Positions 16,860-25,165 of a stretch of DNA of 25,165 nucleotides are shown here, piece after piece. This stretch comes from Bdellovibrionales bacterium (GTDB lineage: Bacteria > Bdellovibrionota > Bdellovibrionia > Bdellovibrionales > UBA1609), in the NCBI GenBank assembly GCA_050246815.1, contig JBFWVI010000042.1, positions 1 to 25,165 of the forward strand, given 5' to 3'. The notes below the pieces were generated by a model. It was not told the DNA's origin. It saw only the letters and a program-made list of their open reading frames with translations, and ran no database searches. A program made the position numbers and the translations under genes. The number at the start of each line of letters is the position of its first letter. The first letter of the stretch is position 1.

Positions 16860-18292
16860 TAATCGCTCTCCAGTCCCGGATTGCCAGGAAACACATAAGA
16901 ATTTTGCAAATAAACCGAAAGTTGTAGCAGATCCAAACGACTGCCACCGGCAAAATCGCCGCTTAAATTATTTGAAATCACGGCCGACTCTCGCAAAATA
17001 CGTTCAACGTCGGCTGGTGTGTAAGCGATGCCGCGTGTCCTTAAAAAACCAACCACCAAACCTGCTGCACCCGCCGCGACCGGCGTGGCCATAGAAGTGC
17101 CACGCAAATTACCGTACAAATTATTTGGTAGAGTCGACACAATACCGGCATTGCCGTTGCCTTGCGAGCCCGGCGCACCCAATTCAACATAGGTGGTTGA
17201 AAAGTTAGAAAAGCCTGAACGAGCAAGACTATTGGCGTCGAAAGAACCCACGGTGAGCACCCCGGCCAACTGTGATCCGTAGCTAGCTGGCGTAAAGGTG
17301 TTCACATTGGTTAATTCCTCGCCATCGTTGCCCGAAGCAGCCAAAATCACCACGCCTGCGGCCACGGCCTCATTCAAGGCCTGCTGCATAGCCGCATTCA
17401 AACCACGACCGCCCAAAGAAAAGTTCACGACATGGGCACCATTCGTAACGGCATAACGCAAACCATTGACGATGCCAGCAATTGTGCCAGATCCCTCAGC
17501 ATCCATGCATTTCACCGCCATGATCTTAGCGCGATAGCCCATCACACCACTTATGCCGACGGCGTTACCACCAGTGGCCGCAGCGAGTCCCGCCACATGG
17601 GTGCCATGACCTGGGTCATTGTCATCCATCGGGTCCGTGTCATTGTTAATAAAATCAAAGCCGACTTGATTGGCCGCATTTCTCCACATGCTGTTGGTTA
17701 AGTCGGGATGGGTATAGGCCACACCGGTGTCGACGATCGCAATAATCACGTCTTGATTGATCTTAAAACTGGAACCCCATAAAAAATCATAACCAAGATC
17801 TGCACGAATTGCGGCCATGGCCGTTTGCTGAGCTAAGCCGGGATCGTTGGTGAATTCACCGCTGATATGAACCTCGGCATTTTCCGTCACCCCGACAATG
17901 CAGGGGTCTTGTTCAAGCTCGTCACTGAGTTGACGCACCGATGTTTCAGACAGCAGCTCTAATGAGTAAGCCTGCACAGGTAAAATTGCGTCGCGAACAT
18001 CCCCCACGCTTTGGGTGTGCTTTCGGCCACTGCCAGCCTGAGCACACGATGTATTCACCAAAGCCAGAAGCTGGCTGCCAGCCGGCAACATGAGGTTACC
18101 CGGTGTCGCGCGAGAGCGGTCCACCGCACTCGCACTCAACGTGCCTTGCTCGACCATGCTTTGTAAATTCAAAATCAGTTTTTGCTCTTGAAAGGGATTT
18201 TGCAGGATTGCTTCGTCGGCTTTGGGCCAATGGCCCCAAGTGGTCAGGGCGATGGCCAGAACCGGCAAAATGAATTTAAAAACGTTCCCCAC
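16859..18292 (-). CDS. S8 family subtilisin-like serine protease, secreted
   Basis: IAIVDTG (Asp), GHGTHVAG (His), AASGN (oxyanion Asn), GTSMATP (Ser). N-terminal signal and propeptide. GTG start. Confidence 0.95.
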   Translation of the reverse strand: MGNVFKFILPVLAIALTTWGHWPKADEAILQNPFQEQKLILNLQSMVEQGTLSASAVDRSRATPGNLMLPAGSQLLALVNTSCAQAGSGRKHTQSVGDVRDAILPVQAYSLELLSETSVRQLSDELEQDPCIVGVTENAEVHISGEFTNDPGLAQQTAMAAIRADLGYDFLWGSSFKINQDVIIAIVDTGVAYTHPDLTNSMWRNAANQVGFDFINNDTDPMDDNDPGHGTHVAGLAAATGGNAVGISGVMGYRAKIMAVKCMDAEGSGTIAGIVNGLRYAVTNGAHVVNFSLGGRGLNAAMQQALNEAVAAGVVILAASGNDGEELTNVNTFTPASYGSQLAGVLTVGSFDANSLARSGFSNFSTTYVELGAPGSQGNGNAGIVSTLPNNLYGNLRGTSMATPVAAGAAGLVVGFLRTRGIAYTPADVERILRESAVISNNLSGDFAGGSRLDLLQLSVYLQNSYVFPGNPGLESD

Positions 18293-18489
18293 TCCGGCCC
18301 CCCAAATACATTATGTAACATCGGCTGGAAGACCTGAAGCGCCGAGCCCAGAAATCGTATTGTCGAATAAATTGTCAGCTGCCGTCCACTTGGACGACAG
18401 TGGTTTTTTCGCGGGTATTCTTCGCTGTTTATGAGAATGAAAAAGAGCGGCTTCTTAAGAGGAACGATTATCAATTTAGGATGACAGTC

Positions 18490-18834
18490 TCAAGACGAGA
18501 CAGGGCTTCGTTGAAGACAACATTTCAGCCAATATCCAAGAATTGATGCAATCAGGCTAATCGCTCCGGCCATCAAACCGACAATCAGAAGCATGGTCCA
18601 AGATCCCGGCAGTGACATTACTTTTGCCAGGCGCGAACTCACCAGTGCATCGCTTTGCACATCCAAAAGTAGACAAAGCAAAAACCACGTCAAAAAACCC
18701 CCCGCAAAACCATCACGCAGCATCAATTTTGGGGTTTTAGAAAATCCCCCCACCAATCCCGCCGTCAGCAAAAGGCTCCACCAAGGCGCCCACCAGCCGG
18801 CCAGCACATAGATCAACCAAAACACGTAAGTCAT
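18490..18834 (-). CDS. Small integral membrane protein (about 3-4 TM, PWW motif)
   Basis: Strongly hydrophobic. ATG 18834 forms an ATGA overlap with the acylase stop. Confidence 0.8.
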   Translation of the reverse strand: MTYVFWLIYVLAGWWAPWWSLLLTAGLVGGFSKTPKLMLRDGFAGGFLTWFLLCLLLDVQSDALVSSRLAKVMSLPGSWTMLLIVGLMAGAISLIASILGYWLKCCLQRSPVSS

Positions 18835-21266
18835 GGATTTCCCTTGGGCTGCAATCGCCAAAAATAGCGACCGGGCTGTTTCAAATGTTGCAGCTGCTCG
18901 CCCTTAATGAATAATACTTGTTTATAAAAGCCGCTGGCCCAGCCTTCTGCGCCACCATCGTAATCCACACTCAAAGGCTCTCCACCTGAAGCCCCTTGAA
19001 CCGAAGTTATGGCTTCGGGCCACGGTCCCATCGACACGATCATCCGCCAACTGGGTCCATGTTGACTTTGCATGGCATTGACCGAGTATTTGCTGCCCGG
19101 CGCACGCACCTTGACTTCAAACCCCGGAATACGGCCCACGTGTGGCAAGTTCACGGTCCGCACCAGGCCCCAAGACCACTTTCCCATACTGGGGCCAAAC
19201 TGCTCACTCAGGGCCTGCAAGGCCGCTTTAAAGCTGGCCGTCACCTGATCTGATAGCGATTCTGTCTGTGGTGTGTTTTGATCATCAATCCACCTTTGAT
19301 CGGGATGTATGGGCAAATTGTGCCTTTTCACCAAAAGCTCCAAACGCTCATCACGCGGCCACAACGCCTTGCCGCTTTCTCCCAGCTGGTCGGCCCAAAT
19401 GGTCTTACGAAATTCCGTCCACCAATACGAAAATACCGAACTTTCGCCAGAGTGGATCGTGTCTTTGTAATCCCAGACGGCCATTTGACTGGCAATCACC
19501 CTCTCGTTGTCATTTAAATTGCGCATACTCAAAAGTTTGACCATGTCGGGCAAAACCGCTCGAGCCAAGGGATTTAAAACATCAGTTTGTAACCTGACAA
19601 AATCCTCAAAACCCACTACGGTACCGCGACTCAACTCGTCCCAAATGCGACGACCGCGATAATAGTTTTCGGATTCTGAGCCCATTGAAATCGGAAAATC
19701 AATCTCGACGGGCCGCTGATTAGCGCTTGAAACAAATTGCGTGGCCGGATTTTCAATTTGCGGCCATTCTGCAGAAGTCAAAAAACTGCCCCATCGGGCA
19801 TTTGGCTCCATGGCATCCATAATAAACTGGCCCTGACCGCGAGCCCGGCGGGGGATTAATCCCGCGTGTTGAATGCCAATGTTTCGACTGTCGGCGCAGA
19901 TGAAATTTTGAATCGGAAAACGAAAGCGTGACAAAGCGATCTTACAATCTTGGTAACTTTGGGCCCGATTTAAATCTCGAAAAACTGCAATCGCATCGCT
20001 CCCCTCATGAAGCGTCCATCGCACCACCAGGCCTTTTTGTTTTTCACGGTGAAACAGCGGGCCAAGATCGGTCCAAGGTACGGCCAACTTTTGGCTATCC
20101 CCACCTCGCACCTCAATCACCTCTTCTTCGACTTGAGCCGCCTTCCAACCGGTGGATGTTTGATAATCCAAACCCTCTTCGTCGCGAAATCGAATTTGGT
20201 ACCAATCCACCACATCCGTAGTTCCATTGGTCACAGCCCATGCGGCCCCCGGGGTAAAACCCGACATCACCCCTGGTGCGCCGGCAAAGCCACCTCCGTA
20301 GACATTGGTTTTGGGGTCGAGCAGCTGCTGTTCAAACCAAATCCCCGGCATTGAGAAGCCCAAATGTGTGTCATTAGCCAAAAGTGAAACGCCGGTTTGA
20401 CTGCGCTTCGGACCCACCGCCCAATTGTTGCTGCCATTACTGACAAAGGGTTGCAAAAGAGTCGGCTCGATTTCAAGATCGCTGACAAAGGTACTTTTGT
20501 CTGCTGCCAATGGTTTTAGCCCCTTCGGGCGAACTCCAGCATAGATGGGAATTTCATACTCTTTAGGCATAAACTCAGGAAACAAATCTCGGGCCGCGGC
20601 GGTTCCATATTTTTTTTGTATCCAAGTCAAAGGGACATCAAAAGTTCTTCCCGATAGACGATAGCTCATCAACACAAAAAATTCAGCGGCATGTTGGGCT
20701 GACCAGGGCTCGGGCCAGACATTCATCAGACGGTACTCGGTGGGCAGGGTGGCCTTGGTCCGCGTTCGAATCCAAGCATTGACGCCTTCAGCGTAGGCCT
20801 CGATCTGGGTTTTGGTGACAGGGTCATTCATCATCATGGCCAAACTCTGTCGAACCGCGTGTCTTAAACCTAAGCGGATGTAAAACTGATCCATGGACAA
20901 AGTACGCGCCCCCACCAATCCAGATAAGCGCGCCCCGCCTGCGCGAGCTTGAAGATCCATTTGAAAAAGCCTTTGGCTAGCATGCACAAAACCTTGCGCC
21001 CAGGCCAGGTCACGCTCATTTTCAGCTAAGATGTGCGGCACGCGATATTCATCCCAAAAAACAGTAACCGGCTTATTTAAGTCTGAAAGCGACCATTCCC
21101 GATTCTGCAGACGACTATTTTTGGGGGTTTGCCAGAGTCCTGAAAAAGGGTTGAACACGGGTCCAATCGCCGGCAGTACCCCCCAATTTCGTGATAACCC
21201 CCAAACCAAGCCCACCCATAAAATAAGGGGGATCAGCGCAAGAGCGTTCTTGGGGTTCAGCTTCAT
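18831..21266 (-). CDS. Penicillin acylase / AHL-acylase family (S45 Ntn hydrolase)
   Basis: D...VPHI.A, QGFVHA..RLFQMDL, GSNNWAV (beta-chain Ser nucleophile), LANDTHL, SANQRP, GPSWRMIV. Start placed at ATG 21266 (MKLNPKN plus TM/signal). Confidence 0.93.
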   Translation of the reverse strand: MKLNPKNALALIPLILWVGLVWGLSRNWGVLPAIGPVFNPFSGLWQTPKNSRLQNREWSLSDLNKPVTVFWDEYRVPHILAENERDLAWAQGFVHASQRLFQMDLQARAGGARLSGLVGARTLSMDQFYIRLGLRHAVRQSLAMMMNDPVTKTQIEAYAEGVNAWIRTRTKATLPTEYRLMNVWPEPWSAQHAAEFFVLMSYRLSGRTFDVPLTWIQKKYGTAAARDLFPEFMPKEYEIPIYAGVRPKGLKPLAADKSTFVSDLEIEPTLLQPFVSNGSNNWAVGPKRSQTGVSLLANDTHLGFSMPGIWFEQQLLDPKTNVYGGGFAGAPGVMSGFTPGAAWAVTNGTTDVVDWYQIRFRDEEGLDYQTSTGWKAAQVEEEVIEVRGGDSQKLAVPWTDLGPLFHREKQKGLVVRWTLHEGSDAIAVFRDLNRAQSYQDCKIALSRFRFPIQNFICADSRNIGIQHAGLIPRRARGQGQFIMDAMEPNARWGSFLTSAEWPQIENPATQFVSSANQRPVEIDFPISMGSESENYYRGRRIWDELSRGTVVGFEDFVRLQTDVLNPLARAVLPDMVKLLSMRNLNDNERVIASQMAVWDYKDTIHSGESSVFSYWWTEFRKTIWADQLGESGKALWPRDERLELLVKRHNLPIHPDQRWIDDQNTPQTESLSDQVTASFKAALQALSEQFGPSMGKWSWGLVRTVNLPHVGRIPGFEVKVRAPGSKYSVNAMQSQHGPSWRMIVSMGPWPEAITSVQGASGGEPLSVDYDGGAEGWASGFYKQVLFIKGEQLQHLKQPGRYFWRLQPKGNP

Positions 21267-21273
21267 TTTGAAG

Positions 21274-21302
21274 AGCCTAAGATAAGTGTTCGAAACCCTC
21301 AA
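21274..21302 (-). promoter_or_regulatory. Putative sigma70 promoter for the acylase gene (likely leaderless)
   Basis: Minus strand TTGAGG-N17-TAGGCT, then 7 nt to ATG 21266. Confidence 0.45.
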
Positions 21303-21325
21303 TCTTTTTTGCCCCCATCCCATTC

Positions 21326-21356
21326 TTGACCAAGCGCCGCCAGCATGATTTATAGT
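21326..21356 (+). promoter_or_regulatory. Putative sigma70 promoter for tRNA-Val
   Basis: TTGACC-N19-TATAGT, 11 nt before the tRNA. Spacer is longer than ideal. Confidence 0.45.
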
Positions 21357-21367
21357 GGCGTTTCTGC

Positions 21368-21444
<77 letters not shown>

Positions 21445-21476
21445 AATTCCCCGGCTTCAAAGGGGATCGCCGCCTC

Positions 21477-22262
21477 ATGCGAAAAAAGATCGCTCTTAAA
21501 AACGGCCGCTCCTGCATTGCCGCCTACTCTTTCGCGCGCCCTAAAGCCACGCGCTGGATGGTTTTTTTGCCTGAAAGCGCCGCTGATTTCATGGAGGGCC
21601 AGCGCCAAGAATTAGTTTTGCAATTAGGCTCACGGTTGGCCAAAAACTTAAATTACCTTGTTGTGAATAAACCTGGCGTCAGCCCTGCAGGTACGAATGC
21701 TCCTCTATTTGAGCAGTCCTTTCGCCGTCAAAGGCGCATTCAGGACGCCTTGACTGTTCTAAAAAATATCGTCCCAGAAAACGATGAGATCTTTTTAGTG
21801 GGTTACTCAGAAGGGGCCTACCTCGCGCCGCAAGTGGCTTTGCAAGATCCACGAGTCAAAGCCCTGGTGATGATCGGCGGCGGCACGCGTGGCTGGCTAA
21901 AAGAAGAATTAAGCAATGCGGGTCCGCTCGAGAGACCTGCCTTAATTCGGCAGATACGTGAAATTCATCAACATCCGCGTTCACTCAAAAAATGGAATAG
22001 CTTTTCATATGCCACTTGGCATTCCTATCGCGAGGACAGCACCTTAAATGCTCTAAAAAAACTGAAGATCCCCATGCTGGCCATTCTGGGCGCCCGTGAC
22101 CGCACCATCAACTTTAAATCGGCTTTGACAGATCTCAAAGAAATGGCACGTCGCAAGCCTGTGCAGGTTCGTGTTTTTGACAACTGCGGACACTCTTTTG
22201 TTAGTCACTGGGCTGATGCATGGCACGAAATCAAACGCTTCTTGAATCTATGGCTGGATTGA
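21477..22262 (+). CDS. Alpha/beta hydrolase
   Basis: GYSEG nucleophile elbow, G..D (GARD), GHSF. Start moved to ATG 21477 because the track start lies inside the tRNA. Confidence 0.88.
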   Translation: MRKKIALKNGRSCIAAYSFARPKATRWMVFLPESAADFMEGQRQELVLQLGSRLAKNLNYLVVNKPGVSPAGTNAPLFEQSFRRQRRIQDALTVLKNIVPENDEIFLVGYSEGAYLAPQVALQDPRVKALVMIGGGTRGWLKEELSNAGPLERPALIRQIREIHQHPRSLKKWNSFSYATWHSYREDSTLNALKKLKIPMLAILGARDRTINFKSALTDLKEMARRKPVQVRVFDNCGHSFVSHWADAWHEIKRFLNLWLD

Positions 22263-22494
22263 ACGATTTTGATTTTAAACCGAGGACAAGGTCGGCCCTA
22301 ATTGTGTTTTTATTTTTCATCTTTATTATTAATTCACCAGACATTCCAATAAGCTATTTCGATTGAAATCTTCTTAAACAAGCTAGTAAATCTTATAGAC
22401 CCACTTCCCGCCACAAAGATTCACTACTAAATCATTACTTACATATAAATCCGGATCCTATTCGGATTATATCTGAAATCTTGGAGACCACTCG

Positions 22495-23796
22495 ATGAAG
22501 AATTCACTTCTGTTACGAATAGTTCTTAGCGGAATTTTGTGTGCCCACCCCTTATTGTCATACGCCGAGCGGCCAGAAGAAAGCTTGGTACCCGGTACAC
22601 TAACTGGATTCACACTGATGCAACGATACCTTAATTTGGCCTTTCATAATCCCTCCCCCGAGGTTAAAGCCGTCAAAGATGCCCTTGATGCTGCTCACCG
22701 GGATGTTATCGCAGCCCTTGATCAGGACACCAGAGCTCAAATTGCAGCGTCAATGCGACAACAAGCAGCAGCTCAAGCTTGGTTTAAGACGACAGATCGG
22801 TTGAAAATCGAGGCCGGATGGAGCGATTACAACTTTGATTCTACTCGTAATTTACATGGATCTTTTGCAAAAAAATATACTGAAAGCTTAGCCAAACCCT
22901 CGCTGCAAGCGCGACAGCCAAACGAATCTCTCACTGGTACATACATAGACCCTTGGCTTCAGCATGTTCAAAAAAATTATGGAAACGAAAAAGTACGCCT
23001 TTTTTCCCATGCCGCCAATTACGAGCTGAACTCTGCCGGCGTTGACCAAAACTCCAATTGGGGGAAAACCACTTTGGCAATGGATCTCCTGCGCAAAGGT
23101 CAAGTCATAGGTCGAAACGCTGCAGGGCCGGACTACGAAGGTTCTCGTAGACTAGTTGCCATTGCGCTTTCGATAGATCCCGTTTTATTCACAATTACTT
23201 TTAATGACTTACTCAAAGCGATCGATCAGCTTGAGCGCCCCGAGTTAATCGCAGTAAATAAAACGCTTGGGTTTTCTCACGTCTCGGAAAAATCGAATGA
23301 AACTCTCAAAAGTAAAATTCATGAGCAGATTCTTGAAAACAATCAATACCAAGAGCTTGTAGCTTACGAACATGAAAATTCGGGCCACGTCACCCAATCC
23401 TATTTTACTTCCTTGGTCCCACGCTCTTCTGTACTGGTGACGCGTCTTGTGAATCTTGCTAAAATCGCAGCTTACACCTCAATCACTTTGCATGAATTGA
23501 ACTCTTGGATCGGCAGAGCCCTTGATCAAGATGCTGCTGTTCATGGACATAATGAAGATCACATCAATCTCTATGCTCCGCTGCGTAAAAGCCTACCTTT
23601 AAGAAATCGCGCTCAGGCACTACCCGTGCTGTTAGCTCTGCCCGAACTCGCCCAATTTGAAATTGTTGTTGCAGCATTGAAGCATGGAATGAAGGGAATT
23701 ATTCGGAATGTAGCACAAGTGAATTTCGACTATAATCCACCCAGGTTGGTTGATTACGCCTACGACACCTCACCCTGTAACGAGGCTTTACAATAG
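22495..23796 (+). CDS. Hypothetical secreted, mostly helical protein
   Basis: 433 aa ORF, GGAG SD, signal peptide ending SYA. No recognisable domain. Visibly more AT-rich than the fab cluster. Confidence 0.75.
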   Translation: MKNSLLLRIVLSGILCAHPLLSYAERPEESLVPGTLTGFTLMQRYLNLAFHNPSPEVKAVKDALDAAHRDVIAALDQDTRAQIAASMRQQAAAQAWFKTTDRLKIEAGWSDYNFDSTRNLHGSFAKKYTESLAKPSLQARQPNESLTGTYIDPWLQHVQKNYGNEKVRLFSHAANYELNSAGVDQNSNWGKTTLAMDLLRKGQVIGRNAAGPDYEGSRRLVAIALSIDPVLFTITFNDLLKAIDQLERPELIAVNKTLGFSHVSEKSNETLKSKIHEQILENNQYQELVAYEHENSGHVTQSYFTSLVPRSSVLVTRLVNLAKIAAYTSITLHELNSWIGRALDQDAAVHGHNEDHINLYAPLRKSLPLRNRAQALPVLLALPELAQFEIVVAALKHGMKGIIRNVAQVNFDYNPPRLVDYAYDTSPCNEALQ

Positions 23797-23971
23797 CGTT
23801 GCCCCTTGATGGCAGATTAAGGGCTCTGGTGAGAGGCTGTGCGCTTTTAATGGTGACGCAGTTTATTGGTCGAACAGATTAATGAAGATATAAGACAGCT
23901 TGGGTCATAGGGACTGAAGAAGGAGCAGCCATGTCATGGCCTGCCAACCAGGCCGTCCTAGTCTAGCTAAA

Positions 23972-24913
23972 TTAGTAAAGCTCTACTCGATCGTTTTCTT
24001 TGAAGCCTGACCCTGAGTGGATCACGCTGATAGCCCCATCTTTGCCAAAATAAGAAATAATCTCCACGGTGCCTTTCATTCGTCCAGGTGCTTTGCCGAT
24101 AAAGCGGCCAGTTTCAGGATCAAAAACTTCATCACCTTCATCAGTAATTTTAAGAATGTCGCCGATTTGAAGACCTGATAGTCGGCCGGCATTGATAAAT
24201 ACTCTCTCGCCCGTAACCATTGCGATTCGGCCTTCCCAGTTTAGTTTTTCAACTGCTTTCACAACTGCGGGAACGGAACCCGCCACAGCTTTGCGTACCG
24301 CCTGTTGCACCAAATCCGGATCGTCTTCCAAATAGCGGTCCGAGCTTGCTTTTTCACCGACTCGAGTTGAAACCGACTCGACCGAAGCGGTACGAACTAC
24401 GTTCAAAATTTCGCGTCCATTTTTGCCGGCATAAAGACGCAGACGCACCTCGGCATCCACTTGCGCTTTCATCTGACGCACCAAACCTACTTGATCCCCT
24501 AAGCGGCGCGCTTTCACTTGCAGAATTTTTCCTTCAAGTACGGCGGCAACGCCAATGCCTGAAGCTATCTTGGCAATTTCAGGTAAATCGTAATCACCTT
24601 CGGGGGTCATTAACTTTTTGGGATCCTGTGGAAAATCTTCGGTCGACACTAGAACAAATTGGCCGGTACGAGCCAACTCACGGATAACACCCCGACGAGC
24701 CTCTTCACCCACACGCATAGGGCGATTGGTTTTTTCATCCAAAAAAGGCAACACCAAAATGCGGTGACGAACGCCGCCCTCATCACGAGATTCAAAGGGC
24801 ACATCTCGCACTTCTGGTTTAGCGACAGTTTCATTTCGCTTTTCAAAAAAACTGCAAGCGCTCAAAACCAGCGCCAGCCCCATTAAAACAAAGGCGGATT
24901 TTGCTGTTTTCAT
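23972..24913 (-). CDS. Lipoprotein with CsgG/TolB-N-like domain and FlgT-C-like beta domain
   Basis: Lipobox LSAC. 'RILVLPFLD...L.RTGQF', 'VLEGKI', 'V.VRLY....G..L'. C-terminal 'VFINAG..SGLQIGD.L.......FDPETG..IG'. Confidence 0.75.
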   Translation of the reverse strand: MKTAKSAFVLMGLALVLSACSFFEKRNETVAKPEVRDVPFESRDEGGVRHRILVLPFLDEKTNRPMRVGEEARRGVIRELARTGQFVLVSTEDFPQDPKKLMTPEGDYDLPEIAKIASGIGVAAVLEGKILQVKARRLGDQVGLVRQMKAQVDAEVRLRLYAGKNGREILNVVRTASVESVSTRVGEKASSDRYLEDDPDLVQQAVRKAVAGSVPAVVKAVEKLNWEGRIAMVTGERVFINAGRLSGLQIGDILKITDEGDEVFDPETGRFIGKAPGRMKGTVEIISYFGKDGAISVIHSGSGFKENDRVELY

Positions 24914-24995
24914 ACCCTTGATTTTATCTAGAAATGGGCCAGAAGTGCACCGGACCAGCGTCTAGATTCAAACCACTCACCACTGAGAACTCAAT

Positions 24996-25163
24996 CTAGG
25001 TCGTATTGAACTCAAGCCGTCGACTACTTCGGACCAAAATGACGGCTTCATATCGAGGGGCTCCCAGCCCCTCAAGCTCATTGATTTCAACGTAGTCTTT
25101 AAGGCTGAGGTAAGCCCGCAGTCCACGCACCACTCGGCTGAAAGGGCGATAATCCCAAAAACG
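24996..25163 (-). CDS. Possible 3' end of a gene running off the window (unidentified)
   Basis: Open frame RFWDYRPFSRVVRGLRAYLSLKDYVEINELEGLGAPRYEAVILVRSSRRLEFNTT*. A second minus frame is also open, so the frame is uncertain. Confidence 0.35.
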   Translation of the reverse strand, partial: RFWDYRPFSRVVRGLRAYLSLKDYVEINELEGLGAPRYEAVILVRSSRRLEFNTT

Positions 25164-25165
25164 AC

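Noticed and set aside
18330..18352. Sigma54 or FliA promoter for the subtilase
   Set aside because: GGCTCGGCGCTTCA lacks the -12 GC, and the nearby GCCGAT lacks a properly spaced -35. Promoter type left unassigned.
23911..23960. Hammerhead ribozyme (CTGAAGA core-like string)
   Set aside because: No matching GAAA core or stem arrangement downstream.
21445..23971. Integrative element at tRNA-Val
   Set aside because: No integrase, and no convincing duplicate of the tRNA 3' end (only a 7-nt CCAACCA at about 23944).

Overview
Chromosomal window, most likely from a predatory Bdellovibrionota/Oligoflexia-type bacterium. This is inferred from the Myxococcus-like aglRQS gliding-motor genes, an FQNC-type lipobox, many secreted hydrolases and the delta-type fab-rpiB-glyA order. 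Left: aglR-aglQ-aglS convergent with a two-gene unit encoding an MtsD/CglB-like VWA lipoprotein and a CglF/GltF-like small protein. Next come a sigma54-driven small secreted protein, a large secreted SleB-family cell-wall hydrolase coupled to an unknown secreted partner, and an SH3/beta-barrel protein. Centre: housekeeping yceD-rpmF-fabH-fabD-fabG-acpP-fabF-rpiB-glyA with no plsX; rpmF is missing from the supplied ORF track. Right: M23 peptidase, c-type cytochrome lipoprotein, a subtilase coupled to an M4/M36-like lipoprotein that appears to have lost all catalytic residues, penicillin-acylase-family enzyme plus small membrane protein, tRNA-Val(GAC), alpha/beta hydrolase, an orphan secreted protein and a CsgG/FlgT-like lipoprotein. 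The best candidates for new biology are the subtilase/pseudo-metalloprotease pair and the SleB/partner pair. Also notable are a set of sigma54 promoters with recurring TGTC-N9-GACA dyads and several apparently leaderless genes. No CRISPR array, IS or integrase was seen. All family assignments come from reading motifs by eye, not from database searches.
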